Assembly (NCBI GenBank): GCA_018304385.1
Contig: JAGVWJ010000013.1
Span: 1-41,211 of the forward strand
Origin: Candidatus Micrarchaeota archaeon
GTDB taxonomy: Archaea > Micrarchaeota > Micrarchaeia > Anstonellales > Bilamarchaeaceae
Reading direction: 5' to 3'
DNA: 41,211 bases
The notes below the pieces were generated by a model. It did not search any database. It saw nothing but the letters and a program-made list of their open reading frames with translations, and was not told the origin of the DNA. The number at the start of each line of letters is the position of its first letter. Position 1 is the first letter of the stretch. Position numbers and translations under genes: made by a program. Shown in pieces: positions 9,410 to 19,314 of the stretch.

Positions 9410-10519
9410 TCAAATCAAATTTTCAAATTCAGATTTTACTTTATCCTTATTTTTGTTTCTAAATTCTTCTGGCGCAAGTATCAATACGCGCTTTCTTTTC
9501 TGTTCGCTTATTTCTAAAGAGCGCACGATCTCAGAAAGTTCGGTTATGGGTTTTAACCCATCTTTTGTTTTTACCTTAAAATTAACTGGTTTATAGAAAT
9601 ATGTTGGATAATCAACAATTATATCACACTTTAAGCGTTCGCATAGCTCGCTTTCAATCTTTTTAAAATTCTTCTTTATTTTTTCATTCGGTTCTAAAGA
9701 ATAAACCTCTTTATACAATTTTCTTTTCATTAACGCATCTGCGTATTTATTACTAGCACGCATTTTCAAAAGAATTTCCTCATCGCCAGCGCTTAGAAAA
9801 TCTTCCGGGGTTATTGCTTTGTTTTCTATTGCAAGAGAAATTGCCTTTCTTAGCATTACTGCTGCAATGCGCACTGCGCGATGGAGATAAACCGTTGTAA
9901 ACATCATGAACCTTGCAATAAGCAGGCTTTCAGCAGCAGTTAAACTACTTTCTTCAATGGTAAGTTCAGTTTTTTCAAGCGACAGTGTATGCGTTATTCT
10001 ATCTACATCTACTATTCCGTATGCAACACCTGTATTGCGTGCATCTCGCATAAGATAATCCATTCTATCTGCGCCAAGATCGCTTGTAATTATATTTCCT
10101 TCTGTCGTATGCTCAATATCTAGAATTTGTTTAGGAGAAAAGTTTTCTTTTAATAAATCTGCTAGCTCGCCGTTCATGATTTTTTTCTTTCCTATTTCTT
10201 CATGATTACCTAAATATTGTTTAAGTACGTATTCGCTCTCATGCGAAAAAGCAACATGGCCGACATCATGCAATAATGCGAATAATCTAATCTTTGCTAA
10301 TGCCTCGCCAACGTAGCATAATCTTTGTGCCATTGTAGAAGCAAGATGCATTGTGCCTAAGCTATGCTCAAATCTAGTATGTGTTGCGCTTGGGTAAACT
10401 AGATAAGTGAAAGCCATCTGCTTTATTCTATGCAAGCGTTGAAATTCTTGGCTGTCTATTACACGCCTCTCCAATTCGCTGCATTCTATTGTACCGTATA
10501 ATTCGTCTTTGATTATCAT
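9410..10519 (-). CDS. HD-domain phosphohydrolase (SAMHD1/dNTP triphosphohydrolase-like)
   Basis: Motifs FQRLHRIKQ, HTRFEHSLG, ALLHDVGH, GADRMDYLMRD. Confidence 0.92.
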   Translation of the reverse strand: MIIKDELYGTIECSELERRVIDSQEFQRLHRIKQMAFTYLVYPSATHTRFEHSLGTMHLASTMAQRLCYVGEALAKIRLFALLHDVGHVAFSHESEYVLKQYLGNHEEIGKKKIMNGELADLLKENFSPKQILDIEHTTEGNIITSDLGADRMDYLMRDARNTGVAYGIVDVDRITHTLSLEKTELTIEESSLTAAESLLIARFMMFTTVYLHRAVRIAAVMLRKAISLAIENKAITPEDFLSAGDEEILLKMRASNKYADALMKRKLYKEVYSLEPNEKIKKNFKKIESELCERLKCDIIVDYPTYFYKPVNFKVKTKDGLKPITELSEIVRSLEISEQKRKRVLILAPEEFRNKNKDKVKSEFENLI

Positions 10520-10560
10520 ATGGGAATATAAGAATAGAATAAATTTTAATGGTGGTAGTT

Positions 10561-10603
10561 GGGGTTGGAAGCCTCAAGGGGCGGAGCCCCTTATGGCTTT
10601 AAC
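10561..10603. repeat. GC-rich hairpin repeat family member (AAGGGGC-GGA-GCCCCTT)
   Basis: Perfect 7-bp stem at 10576-10592. Its flanks are shared with the tRNA T-loop intron element at 8087-8139. It abuts the stop codon of the NosD-like gene. Confidence 0.8.
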
Positions 10604-12928
10604 TTATTTCTTTCTCTTCCCTTTCTTGCGGCTTAAGTAATAATATATAATTAGTGCAACTATTACGATTAACAACGTTGCATATAAGTAAGTATTATCC
10701 ACTGTCGCCTCTCCTTTCTTTTCTACCTCGCCTGGTTCAACAGTTACATTATCGCCTGCTTTTTTCCCGCTTGGTGGCGGAGTAGGTTCAGGTGTTGGTT
10801 GCGGTTCTGGTGTTACATTTCCAGTTGGCTGAGGAGTAGGCACAGGCTGCGGAGTTGGTATCGGCACAGTTACATTTGTAATATTCGCAGCTACTGCTTC
10901 CTCACATAGTGTATAGTTAAATTCTTTAGCATCTGGTTTAGCATATCCGTTTTTCTGTGCATCCAGTTTATATGCACCGTTGCTTGTTAATAAAAATTCA
11001 ACATCTCCGCTTACATTTGTTTTTGTGCTTTGAATTTCCTCCCCACTTTTTAGTAATCGGACCAGAACATCATTAACGGGATCGCCAGTGCTTAATGCCT
11101 TTATTTTTATTTTATTTTCTGGGCATACAGCTGCTGTAGATAAATCAAAGTTAATTGAAAGCGACTTTGCAGTACCAATATCGCTAGTAGGTTTAGATTC
11201 AAACCCAACTGCCCCAAATATGCTAAATGTTCGAATATTATTATCAACAACAAATCCACTAGAACTTTCATCAGCATCCAAGCGGACCCAACCACCAGAG
11301 TATTTTGCAATATATGCGCCAAGGGTTCCTAAAGAAGCAGCATCATAATATACCCCAAGTGAAATAACTGCATTGCTACTTGTACTAGTTATATTTACAA
11401 CATTTTTAGCGCTACTATATGGAATTAGACTGCAAACGTTGAATGCATTTGAATCTGCACAACCATCACTTACACCCGCGCTAGTAGCAGTTAATGTCTT
11501 TAGATTAACATCTGTAGCAGCATCAAATGCAATTCTTAAATCGCTAGTAGTAAAATTATAAAAATTAGAACCAACCTTGGTAGTAACATTTGCGCTAGTG
11601 TTTACCTGTAAGTCCCATGCGCTCGCACCAGTTGTTAAAGCTGCATTACTGGTAAATGTTGCATTAGCCCCGCTTGCAAACACATATTGCACAAGCGTGC
11701 TGGAAGTTGCATTATTATTGTGCATAGAAACACTAGTGCTATCTATTACATGATAGCCATATTGTGTATTGCTTCCAGCATTGTTATTTGAAACATTATT
11801 ACTATTTGATGCTGATTCTAAAAAGAATCCGCGTAAATTGCTATTAGCTGTGCTAGCAGTTATATTGTTTGATGTTGCAGCAGTTAAATAGAACCCATAA
11901 ACCGTATTGCTGTTTGCAGTATTAGAAGTCAGATTATTCTGTTTTGAGCTAGACTGCAATCCAAAACCGCTTTGTGTGTTTTGATTTGCTGTATTTGAAT
12001 TCAGACTGTTGCCATCAGAGTTTGTTATAAGCAAGAATCCATAGGCAGTATTGTTATGTGCGACATTGCTGCTTACAGTATTACTATCTCCGTTGTTTAG
12101 CAAAAATCCATCCTGCACATTATTATGCGCAGTATTGCTATTAACAGTATTTGAAGAGCTATCTACTACTGAAATGCCAGCTTGTAAATTGAGGCGGGCA
12201 GTATTGCTTGTTAATGTATTTGCATTAGATGTGCTTTGAAGGCTTATACCATCAACGCTATTGTTTGATGCAAGATTGTCTCTTATTGTATTGCTGCTCG
12301 AACTTAGTACTAGGATACCATAAGTAGCGTTGGATGCATTATTGCTAGAAACAGTATTGCTATTTGAAGTGGCATCAAGAATAATGCCATATGTAATTTG
12401 TTGATTAACTAAATTATTATTTATTGTTCCAGAGCTTGCACCGTTAAAATATATTCCGTAGCGATTATTTTGCACAGTGTTATTATGGATATTTGCACTG
12501 TTTGCAATAACCTTAATACCTATTGCATTTGCACTAGAAGCGGAATTTGCGCCCTGTACTGTTAGATTTGTTATTTCAACACCAGTAGCAGAAACATTAA
12601 AAACTGCTAACGTATTTGTGCTAGCATTTACGATTACTCCAGCATTTTTACCAAATATTTTCAATGAAGCTTTATTTACCTCTGTGTTTGCAAAATGCGC
12701 GCCAGTTGAATTGTCGCAAATATAAATAGTATCTCCAGAGGCTGCAGCATCTATTGCTCCTTGTATTGTTGCGCGATCATTTGTATGCGGCTGCGCAGCA
12801 GCATTGCACGAGCTTGCTGCAGTAGCGTTTACATACCACTCTGCAGCAAAACTAACAGTTGAGAATGCAGTTATATAAAGAAATAAGTATATTAGAAACA
12901 ATGATCGCAATATATTTATAACGTGCAT
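10604..12928 (-). CDS. Surface protein with right-handed beta-helix (NosD/CASH-like) repeats and C-terminal TM anchor
   Basis: Signal peptide, about 12 repeats of roughly 22 aa (G-F-x-L-x-x-S-x-x-N-x-x-x-x-N-x-A-x-x-N), PTPQP linker, TM helix and basic tail. Confidence 0.88.
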   Translation of the reverse strand: MHVINILRSLFLIYLFLYITAFSTVSFAAEWYVNATAASSCNAAAQPHTNDRATIQGAIDAAASGDTIYICDNSTGAHFANTEVNKASLKIFGKNAGVIVNASTNTLAVFNVSATGVEITNLTVQGANSASSANAIGIKVIANSANIHNNTVQNNRYGIYFNGASSGTINNNLVNQQITYGIILDATSNSNTVSSNNASNATYGILVLSSSSNTIRDNLASNNSVDGISLQSTSNANTLTSNTARLNLQAGISVVDSSSNTVNSNTAHNNVQDGFLLNNGDSNTVSSNVAHNNTAYGFLLITNSDGNSLNSNTANQNTQSGFGLQSSSKQNNLTSNTANSNTVYGFYLTAATSNNITASTANSNLRGFFLESASNSNNVSNNNAGSNTQYGYHVIDSTSVSMHNNNATSSTLVQYVFASGANATFTSNAALTTGASAWDLQVNTSANVTTKVGSNFYNFTTSDLRIAFDAATDVNLKTLTATSAGVSDGCADSNAFNVCSLIPYSSAKNVVNITSTSSNAVISLGVYYDAASLGTLGAYIAKYSGGWVRLDADESSSGFVVDNNIRTFSIFGAVGFESKPTSDIGTAKSLSINFDLSTAAVCPENKIKIKALSTGDPVNDVLVRLLKSGEEIQSTKTNVSGDVEFLLTSNGAYKLDAQKNGYAKPDAKEFNYTLCEEAVAANITNVTVPIPTPQPVPTPQPTGNVTPEPQPTPEPTPPPSGKKAGDNVTVEPGEVEKKGEATVDNTYLYATLLIVIVALIIYYYLSRKKGKRKK

Positions 12929-12942
12929 AGATAAAAACCCCG

Positions 12943-12984
12943 TATAAGTATTTTAAACATTCACCTATAAGTATTTTAAACATT
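12943..12984. promoter_or_regulatory. Tandem 19-bp direct repeat containing a BRE/TATA-like motif in a divergent intergenic region
   Basis: tataagtattttaaacatt occurs at 12943-12961 and 12966-12984. Confidence 0.6.
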
Positions 12985-13019
12985 ATGAAGTATCTTAAGT
13001 ACGCGCGCGTGATGATCTT

Positions 13020-14705
13020 ATGAAAAATTTATTTGGGTTATTTGTTCTTCTGTCATTTTTATTAATTGCAGGATGCGCAACAAAAGAAAAACCCATGCCA
13101 ACCCCAGCACCAGCTCCTGAACCAGCCCCAGTACCGCAACCTGCTCCACAGCCCGCGCCGCAACCATTACCAGAACCAAAAGAAACAGGAAATTTGTTAA
13201 TTGCGGTTACAGATAACCCGCTAAAAATAGATAAGGCAAACTGTGATTTTGAACTTAAGAAATTTGAAATAGAGCTTGAAGGATTAGAATTAAAAGAGCT
13301 TAATGGTTCTTGGTTGGAAATTCCATTCTTAGGATTGAATGATACAAATATGACTAATGTAACAAATGTAACTATTGATCTGGTTGAATTAATTGGAATA
13401 GATAACTTGGTTGCGCAGCAAGTGATAGAAGTTGGACAATTTAACGAAGTGCGCTTTAAAGTACAGCGCGCAGTTATGACTCAAGTAATCAAGATACCTG
13501 CTAATCTAACGAACCTTACTGCTTTTGGAAACCTGACTGCTAATCTAACGATAAATGAAACTGAAGAACTAGAGGAGGATTTAAAGATTGCAGAAAAAAG
13601 GAAGAAAAAAGAATTTAAAGAACTTGAAAAACTATTAAAAGAGGAAGAAGAAGAGGAGGAAGAGCGTGAAGAGCTGCGAAAAAAACTAGAAGAGGAAGGT
13701 TTAGAGGTTGAACAAGAGGTAAAGATTCCAAGCAATGAAATTAAGCTAAAGCACGAATTAGAAATAGAAGATGATGATAATAAGTTGCTAGAGATTGATT
13801 TTGATTTACGCGGTAGTTTTAGATGTGCAGACGGGAAAATAATTTTCTTACCTGTAATTGATTTGGAATCATTAGAAGATTTAGAGTTTGATATTAAGTC
13901 TAAGCAGAAGTTCGAAGAAAGAGATGGTGAACGAAGAATAAGAATAAAGCGTGAATTAAAAATTGATGATGGTGAGATTGAACTAAAAACAAGGCACAGA
14001 ATGCGCGAGTTTGGCCTAACTGAATTAACCAATAGAATTGATGTTAAAGAAAGAACAAGACTGCGCAAGCAAAGAGGCTTAGAATCAGAAAAAGAAATTG
14101 ATATAGAGGTTGATGAAGGGGAGGCAAAAATAGAACTTGAGATAGCAGGTAAAAAACAGAAGTTCAAACTAGATACTGATAATTTAGAAGAAGCAATAGC
14201 AGAAGTAGCAGAATTAACTGGCTTAGATGAGACAGAAGTGCTAAAACTAGCTGAAATAGAAATAGAAGGCAAAAAACAAGAAGAGAGAGAAGCAGAGATT
14301 GAAATAGAAAATGGAAAGGCTGAAGTAAAGGTTAAGATAAAAGGTGTTGAGACAAAGTTTGAGCTTGATGATACTAATCTGGATAAAACTATTGCGGAGA
14401 TTACCGAGAGAACAGGTTTAACTAAGGAAGAAGTTCTAGAGATTGCAAAGATCAAGGTAGAAAAAGAGGATGAAATAGAAAAAGAAGAGGGTGAAGATAG
14501 CTCAGGCAACGGAAACGGCGGAAAGAAAGATGATGGTAAAACTGATAAAAAAGACGGGAAATCAAAGGATAAAGATGACGATGATGACAGCGATGACAAT
14601 GGCTCTAGTGGTTCCTCTGGTTCGAGTGGCTCTGGTAGCGGAAGTTCAGGCTCATCAGGTAGGGGTTCCTCGGGATCTGGGGGAGGAAATGATGACGATG
14701 ATTAA
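13020..14705 (+). CDS. DUF4382-like lipoprotein with acidic internal repeats and Ser/Gly/Asp tail
   Basis: Lipoprotein-like N-terminus (LLIAGC), PAP linker, GNLLIAVTDNP and LEIDFDL motifs typical of DUF4382, two repeats of about 60 aa, low-complexity tail. Confidence 0.72.
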   Translation: MKNLFGLFVLLSFLLIAGCATKEKPMPTPAPAPEPAPVPQPAPQPAPQPLPEPKETGNLLIAVTDNPLKIDKANCDFELKKFEIELEGLELKELNGSWLEIPFLGLNDTNMTNVTNVTIDLVELIGIDNLVAQQVIEVGQFNEVRFKVQRAVMTQVIKIPANLTNLTAFGNLTANLTINETEELEEDLKIAEKRKKKEFKELEKLLKEEEEEEEEREELRKKLEEEGLEVEQEVKIPSNEIKLKHELEIEDDDNKLLEIDFDLRGSFRCADGKIIFLPVIDLESLEDLEFDIKSKQKFEERDGERRIRIKRELKIDDGEIELKTRHRMREFGLTELTNRIDVKERTRLRKQRGLESEKEIDIEVDEGEAKIELEIAGKKQKFKLDTDNLEEAIAEVAELTGLDETEVLKLAEIEIEGKKQEEREAEIEIENGKAEVKVKIKGVETKFELDDTNLDKTIAEITERTGLTKEEVLEIAKIKVEKEDEIEKEEGEDSSGNGNGGKKDDGKTDKKDGKSKDKDDDDDSDDNGSSGSSGSSGSGSGSSGSSGRGSSGSGGGNDDDD

Positions 14706-15499
14706 ACCAGTACGAACGTATCCTTTCTTTTTTCTATAACATCGCCACGGTCTGATAACACATTAAGCAGTGCTCTACATCCTTCTAATTCTATGTTGCA
14801 CAGCTTTGCAATAGCAGCAATATTACCCTCATTCTTAAGTGCATCCTTTACATTTTCAGAATTAGCTGTAAAATATCTTTTGCTTACTGCGTAAAAGCGG
14901 CCGTCAAAGCTGCGCAAACAAATAAAATCCCTATCTCTTCCGGATTTTTTTATTTCCTGAGAAAATAAGTACGCCTCCTGTGGATTAGATATTATCCTAT
15001 AATTAGAGTTTGATGTATTAGAAATTGTACTTGGTTTTATATTTTCTTTGGTTTTCGGTTCAACTTTTTGTTCAGTTGGCTTAGTAATTTGCTTGTTCTC
15101 TCTGAGCAGGGGGTAAACCTTATCACTAATATTGTATACGCCATCAGGATATTTCTTGCTTTTGAAAACATTTACAAATCCATTTTTTATTAAATTTGCA
15201 AGCAGCACCCGTTCATTATCTTCTAGCATTTTGTCAATGTTTTTAGGAGTACGCTTTTCAAATTTTATGGATAGTAGATTTTTTAAAAGGAGTTTTTCAT
15301 TTTCAGAAAGGTTATTAGTTATTGGTTTTTGGTTATTGGTTTTTAGTTCTGCATTATCTAATGGAACTGACAATAAATAATACCCATCACGTAATGCAAA
15401 CATCTCAAGCTCATCTAAGTTTTCAAATTCGCTTGGTAATGTTATATAATTCTGCCCATCTTTTTTTATGATCTTTATTTTACCCATGCTCTCCCTCAT
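14702..15499 (-). CDS. Hypothetical protein, possible AbrB-like N-terminus and winged-helix C-terminus
   Basis: IKIIKKDGQNYITLPSEF...LEMFALRDGYYLL is AbrB-like. RALLNVLSDRGDVIEKRKDTFVLV resembles a wHTH wing. Confidence 0.6.
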   Translation of the reverse strand: MRESMGKIKIIKKDGQNYITLPSEFENLDELEMFALRDGYYLLSVPLDNAELKTNNQKPITNNLSENEKLLLKNLLSIKFEKRTPKNIDKMLEDNERVLLANLIKNGFVNVFKSKKYPDGVYNISDKVYPLLRENKQITKPTEQKVEPKTKENIKPSTISNTSNSNYRIISNPQEAYLFSQEIKKSGRDRDFICLRSFDGRFYAVSKRYFTANSENVKDALKNEGNIAAIAKLCNIELEGCRALLNVLSDRGDVIEKRKDTFVLV

Positions 15500-15742
15500 T
15501 TAATTAGAATTAGCAAGATGAAATATATAAATGATTACTTTTGCACAAGGTTTGGCCAGCAATTGTAGGGATTTTTATTACCCTGACCAAACCTTATGTG
15601 GCAATAAGCTGTTAGCTCGTGGCTACTTTTTCTTATTAAAGCTTCTTTTGATTAAGGTTATCATTTTTGATAATTATACTCATTTCAATATAAATTTACC
15701 CCGCAAATTTATTTCGATAGGTTTTTAAACATGATTAACTAT

Positions 15743-15762
15743 TTATATCAAATATGATATAA
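15743..15762. promoter_or_regulatory. Inverted repeat TTATATCA-n4-TGATATAA, candidate AbiEi operator
   Basis: Perfect 8-bp inverted repeat ending 13 nt upstream of the probable ATG of the antitoxin. Confidence 0.5.
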
Positions 15763-15774
15763 TTGGTAGATCAT

Positions 15775-16362
15775 ATGAATAGGCTTAATTTACTTGCTAA
15801 ACTACAGACTTACGTTTTGTTCACACCTGCCGATATTGAGAGAATACTAGGAAAGACGCGAGGCTATGCTTATTTATATTTGCAACGCTTGAAACAAACC
15901 AGTCTTATCTACGAAATTGAGAAAGGTCGTTATACTGTTTATGCTGATTCGTTTCTTATAGCATCAAGAATAGTATGGCCTTCTTATATAAGTGGTTGGG
16001 CAGCTCTTCAGTTCTACCACCTTACTGAGCAGTTGCCAAATGTTATAGAGGTTGTAACTACTAGATCTAGGAAAACAAGGAAAATTAAATTTATGAATAT
16101 TAAAATTGTATTTAGCAGATTACGAATTCCGCATTTTTTTGGTTATGAAAAAATACAATACAAAAAATTTCCAATATTTATCGCTGAAAAAGAGAAGGCC
16201 CTGCTTGATGCCTTCCTTCTAAGGCATATTTCACCTTCCGAGTTTATGGAAATCCTAAAAAATAACAAAAAAAGAGTGTCCATTAAAAAAATAAAAAGCT
16301 ACTCGAAAAAAATATCGAAAATGTTTTATTCTAAAATAAAAAAAATGGTGAATGACTTATGA
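15775..16362 (+). CDS. Type IV toxin-antitoxin antitoxin, AbiEi family
   Basis: N-terminal wHTH, then IEKGRY, PSYISGWAALQFYHLTEQLP, IAEKEKALLD. It overlaps the toxin start (ATGA). ATG 15775 is preferred over TTG 15763. Confidence 0.88.
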   Translation: MNRLNLLAKLQTYVLFTPADIERILGKTRGYAYLYLQRLKQTSLIYEIEKGRYTVYADSFLIASRIVWPSYISGWAALQFYHLTEQLPNVIEVVTTRSRKTRKIKFMNIKIVFSRLRIPHFFGYEKIQYKKFPIFIAEKEKALLDAFLLRHISPSEFMEILKNNKKRVSIKKIKSYSKKISKMFYSKIKKMVNDL

Positions 16363-17108
16363 TCAACGAAGAGCAAGTGACGGCAATTGCCAGTCTAAAA
16401 AGAATAACTCTGCAAAATGCAGAGAAGGAATATTTTCAGGAAATGATGCTATATTCCATTTATAGTTTAGTTGGCAAAGAATTGCTATTTAAGGGAGGCA
16501 CTTGTTTATATAAAATCTACAAATTAAACCGTTTCAGTGAAGATCTAGATTTCGATATTTCAAAAAGCTTAGATGTAGAGAAGCTGGTCAAAAAGGCTCT
16601 TTACGGAATCAAATTGCTAGGTATCAATTGTTCTGTTAAATATTTAGATGAGTATGAAAATGCAGTCAATGTGGGTATAAATTTCCACGGCCCTCTTTAC
16701 CATGGAACTAAAGAATCACTCTGTTTTCTGCTTATTAACTTCAGTTTGAGAAAAAAACCAGTGTTGCCGCCAAGATTAGAAAAACTTTCATCTATATATA
16801 AAGATTTCCCGGATTTCGATGTTTTTGTTATGGATTTGCAGGAGATACTTGCAGAAAAGATAGCAGCCATCCATAATCGCAACAAACCAAGGGATGTTTA
16901 TGATGTTTGGTTTTTACTAAAAAATCTCTCTGTTGAACCAAATAAGAATTTAATAAAAAGGAAACTGAAAAAGGAGTTCGATAAATCAGACTTTATTCTT
17001 AAGGTTTCGGAGAAAGAAGGTTATTGGACAGGTGAGCTCAGTATGCTTTTTATTGGTCAAATTCCTTCTTTTATTGAGATTAAGAAGGATATTGAAAGAT
17101 TGATTTAG
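16359..17108 (+). CDS. Type IV toxin-antitoxin toxin, AbiEii nucleotidyltransferase
   Basis: Motifs LLFKGGTCL, RFSEDLDF, EILAEKIAA, RNKPRDVYD. Confidence 0.92.
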   Translation: MINEEQVTAIASLKRITLQNAEKEYFQEMMLYSIYSLVGKELLFKGGTCLYKIYKLNRFSEDLDFDISKSLDVEKLVKKALYGIKLLGINCSVKYLDEYENAVNVGINFHGPLYHGTKESLCFLLINFSLRKKPVLPPRLEKLSSIYKDFPDFDVFVMDLQEILAEKIAAIHNRNKPRDVYDVWFLLKNLSVEPNKNLIKRKLKKEFDKSDFILKVSEKEGYWTGELSMLFIGQIPSFIEIKKDIERLI

Positions 17109-17162
17109 CTGGATTTTGGAATAGCTAGAATTATCTTTTTTTCATTAATTTTCACTATTCCA

Positions 17163-17939
17163 TCAGCCTATTTTCGTTTCTGGTGTTGTTGGCGTCGGAG
17201 CCTGCTCGACTGGCATTTCAGGTTTTACTTTCTCCCCCTTTCTTCTGAAATACAAATAAAGAAGTATTAAGACGATAGCGACTGCCCCAATGCCCAGATA
17301 AAGTATAGTATTATCCTTTTGTGTTGCTGCAAACAATGCTTTCTTTAATTCTAATTCATTATTTGCAGTATAAAACTTTCCACAGCCTGCGTTTGCAACT
17401 TTTCTTGCAGCTTCTGTCTGTGATGAGTTAAGTGTATATCCTATTACGTTAACAACAGAAATACCTTCGCTGCACGCTTGCTTTGCAATTTCTACAGGGT
17501 CACCATAGCAATTTTCTTCGCCATCTGTTATTAGTATTATTACCCCATTTTTCTTATTTACTGATTTAAAGTATGCAACTGCATCCCTTAATGCGCCTGC
17601 GATTGGCGTCCATCCGCCAGTTTCTATAGAATCAACAGCTTTATAGAGCGCGGTTTTATCGTTTGTGAATGTTTGTATTACTCTTATATCGCCACTATAT
17701 GGATCTGGTGGTTTTGTCTTAACCTCGTTGCTGCAACCATAGAATTTCATTACTCCAAGTTCATCACTGGCGCTAGACGCATTAATAAATTCCTTCGCAA
17801 CGTTTTTTGCAGCATCGATTCTGCTTACATACGTTCCTTCAAGATAATCATCCATGCTTGTACTGGCATCTATTACAATAAGAAAAGAATCAGCAAATAG
17901 AATTCCAATCAATAAAAGCGAGATTAGTAATTTGCGCAT
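17163..17939 (-). CDS. Membrane-anchored VWA-domain protein
   Basis: Signal peptide, MIDAS motif DASTS, TPIA, ILITDGEENC, C-terminal TM helix. Confidence 0.88.
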   Translation of the reverse strand: MRKLLISLLLIGILFADSFLIVIDASTSMDDYLEGTYVSRIDAAKNVAKEFINASSASDELGVMKFYGCSNEVKTKPPDPYSGDIRVIQTFTNDKTALYKAVDSIETGGWTPIAGALRDAVAYFKSVNKKNGVIILITDGEENCYGDPVEIAKQACSEGISVVNVIGYTLNSSQTEAARKVANAGCGKFYTANNELELKKALFAATQKDNTILYLGIGAVAIVLILLYLYFRRKGEKVKPEMPVEQAPTPTTPETKIG

Positions 17940-17971
17940 ATTTTAAAAAGGAAAGTAACATTTATAATCTT

Positions 17972-19291
17972 ATGGCAATTTCTCCTTTCGAAGAGCGTTA
18001 TGTAACTGAAATGAATGCAATTTTTGATGATAGAAATAAACTACGCAAGTGGCTAGAAGTAGAGGTTGCACTAGCAAAAACACATGCAGTACTAGGCAAT
18101 ATTCCAAAGGATGCAGCAAAAAAAATTGAATCTGCAGCAGTGCGAGTAAGTTTTGAGCGAGTAAAGCAAATCGAAGAAGAGATACATCATGATCTAATGG
18201 CAATGGTTAGAGCACTGAGCGAACAGGCAGGTGATGCAGGTGCCTATGTGCATCTAGGCGCAACAAGCTACGATATAGAAGATACTGCACTCGCACTTGT
18301 TTTCAGAGATGCAGTTGCAATTATAGAAAAACATTTAGGGCAAATAGCAAATACACTAAAAACCTTAGCAAAAAAACACAAGAAAACGGTTTGTATTGGA
18401 AGAACGCATGGTCAGCATGCAGTTCCAACAACATACGGCATGAAATTTGCATTATACTATCAAGAAGCGCTTCGCAATTCGCAGCGTTTGCAAGAATGTA
18501 AAAAACGCATTCTCGTTGGTAAGATGAGTGGTGCAGTTGGAACAATGGCTACATTTGGCAAAAACGCATTCGATATCGAAGATAAGGTAATGAAATTACT
18601 TGGTCTGGAGCCAGCATCAGTAACAAATCAGGTTATTCAACGTGATAGGCATGCAGAACTTATTAGCAACATTGCGTTTGTTGCAGCAATGCTTGAAAAG
18701 ATTGCAAAAGAAATTCGCAACCTACAGCGTACAGAAATTGCAGAAATAGCAGAATCATTTTCATCAAAGCAGGTTGGCAGCTCAACAATGCCGCATAAAA
18801 GAAATCCGCATAAAAGCGAGCGTGTTTGTAGCCTTGCGCGCGTTGTGCGAACTAACGTAACAGTTGCATTAGAAAATATCGCTTTGGAGCATGAGCGCGA
18901 TTTAACAAACAGCGCAAACGAACGTGTAATATTTGCAGAAAGCTTTATTGCTTGTGATTACATGCTTGTTGAAATGAGAAAAATATTAGATGGATTGGAA
19001 TTTTTTGAAGAAAATATCAAGCGTAACTTAGAATTAACAAATGGCTTAGTAATGGCAGAGCGTTTGATGATTGCATTGACAGAGATTTTAGAACCAGGGA
19101 TGCCTCGTCAAGAGGCGCATGAGCTTGTTCGTAAATTAGCAATAGAAGCAAAGCAAAGTGGCAGGCATCTAAAAGACTTAGTAAAAGAAAAAATAAAAGC
19201 GCTTCATCCAAAAACCATAGACCAAATTTTTGATGTAGCTAGTTATATTGGTGAAGCGGAAAGAATTGTTGAAAGGGCAGTATCTTTATAA
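17972..19291 (+). CDS. purB: Adenylosuccinate lyase
   Basis: Motifs HLGATSYD, GRTHGQHA, GSSTMPHKRNP, EHERDL. Confidence 0.97.
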   Translation: MAISPFEERYVTEMNAIFDDRNKLRKWLEVEVALAKTHAVLGNIPKDAAKKIESAAVRVSFERVKQIEEEIHHDLMAMVRALSEQAGDAGAYVHLGATSYDIEDTALALVFRDAVAIIEKHLGQIANTLKTLAKKHKKTVCIGRTHGQHAVPTTYGMKFALYYQEALRNSQRLQECKKRILVGKMSGAVGTMATFGKNAFDIEDKVMKLLGLEPASVTNQVIQRDRHAELISNIAFVAAMLEKIAKEIRNLQRTEIAEIAESFSSKQVGSSTMPHKRNPHKSERVCSLARVVRTNVTVALENIALEHERDLTNSANERVIFAESFIACDYMLVEMRKILDGLEFFEENIKRNLELTNGLVMAERLMIALTEILEPGMPRQEAHELVRKLAIEAKQSGRHLKDLVKEKIKALHPKTIDQIFDVASYIGEAERIVERAVSL

Positions 19292-19314
19292 ATATGATTT
19301 CAGCAACATAAATT

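Noticed and set aside
13481-14599. 372-aa Ser/Phe-rich ORF on the minus strand
   Set aside because: Antisense shadow of the Glu/Lys-rich lipoprotein. GAA/AAA codons read as TTC/TTT and leave few stops.
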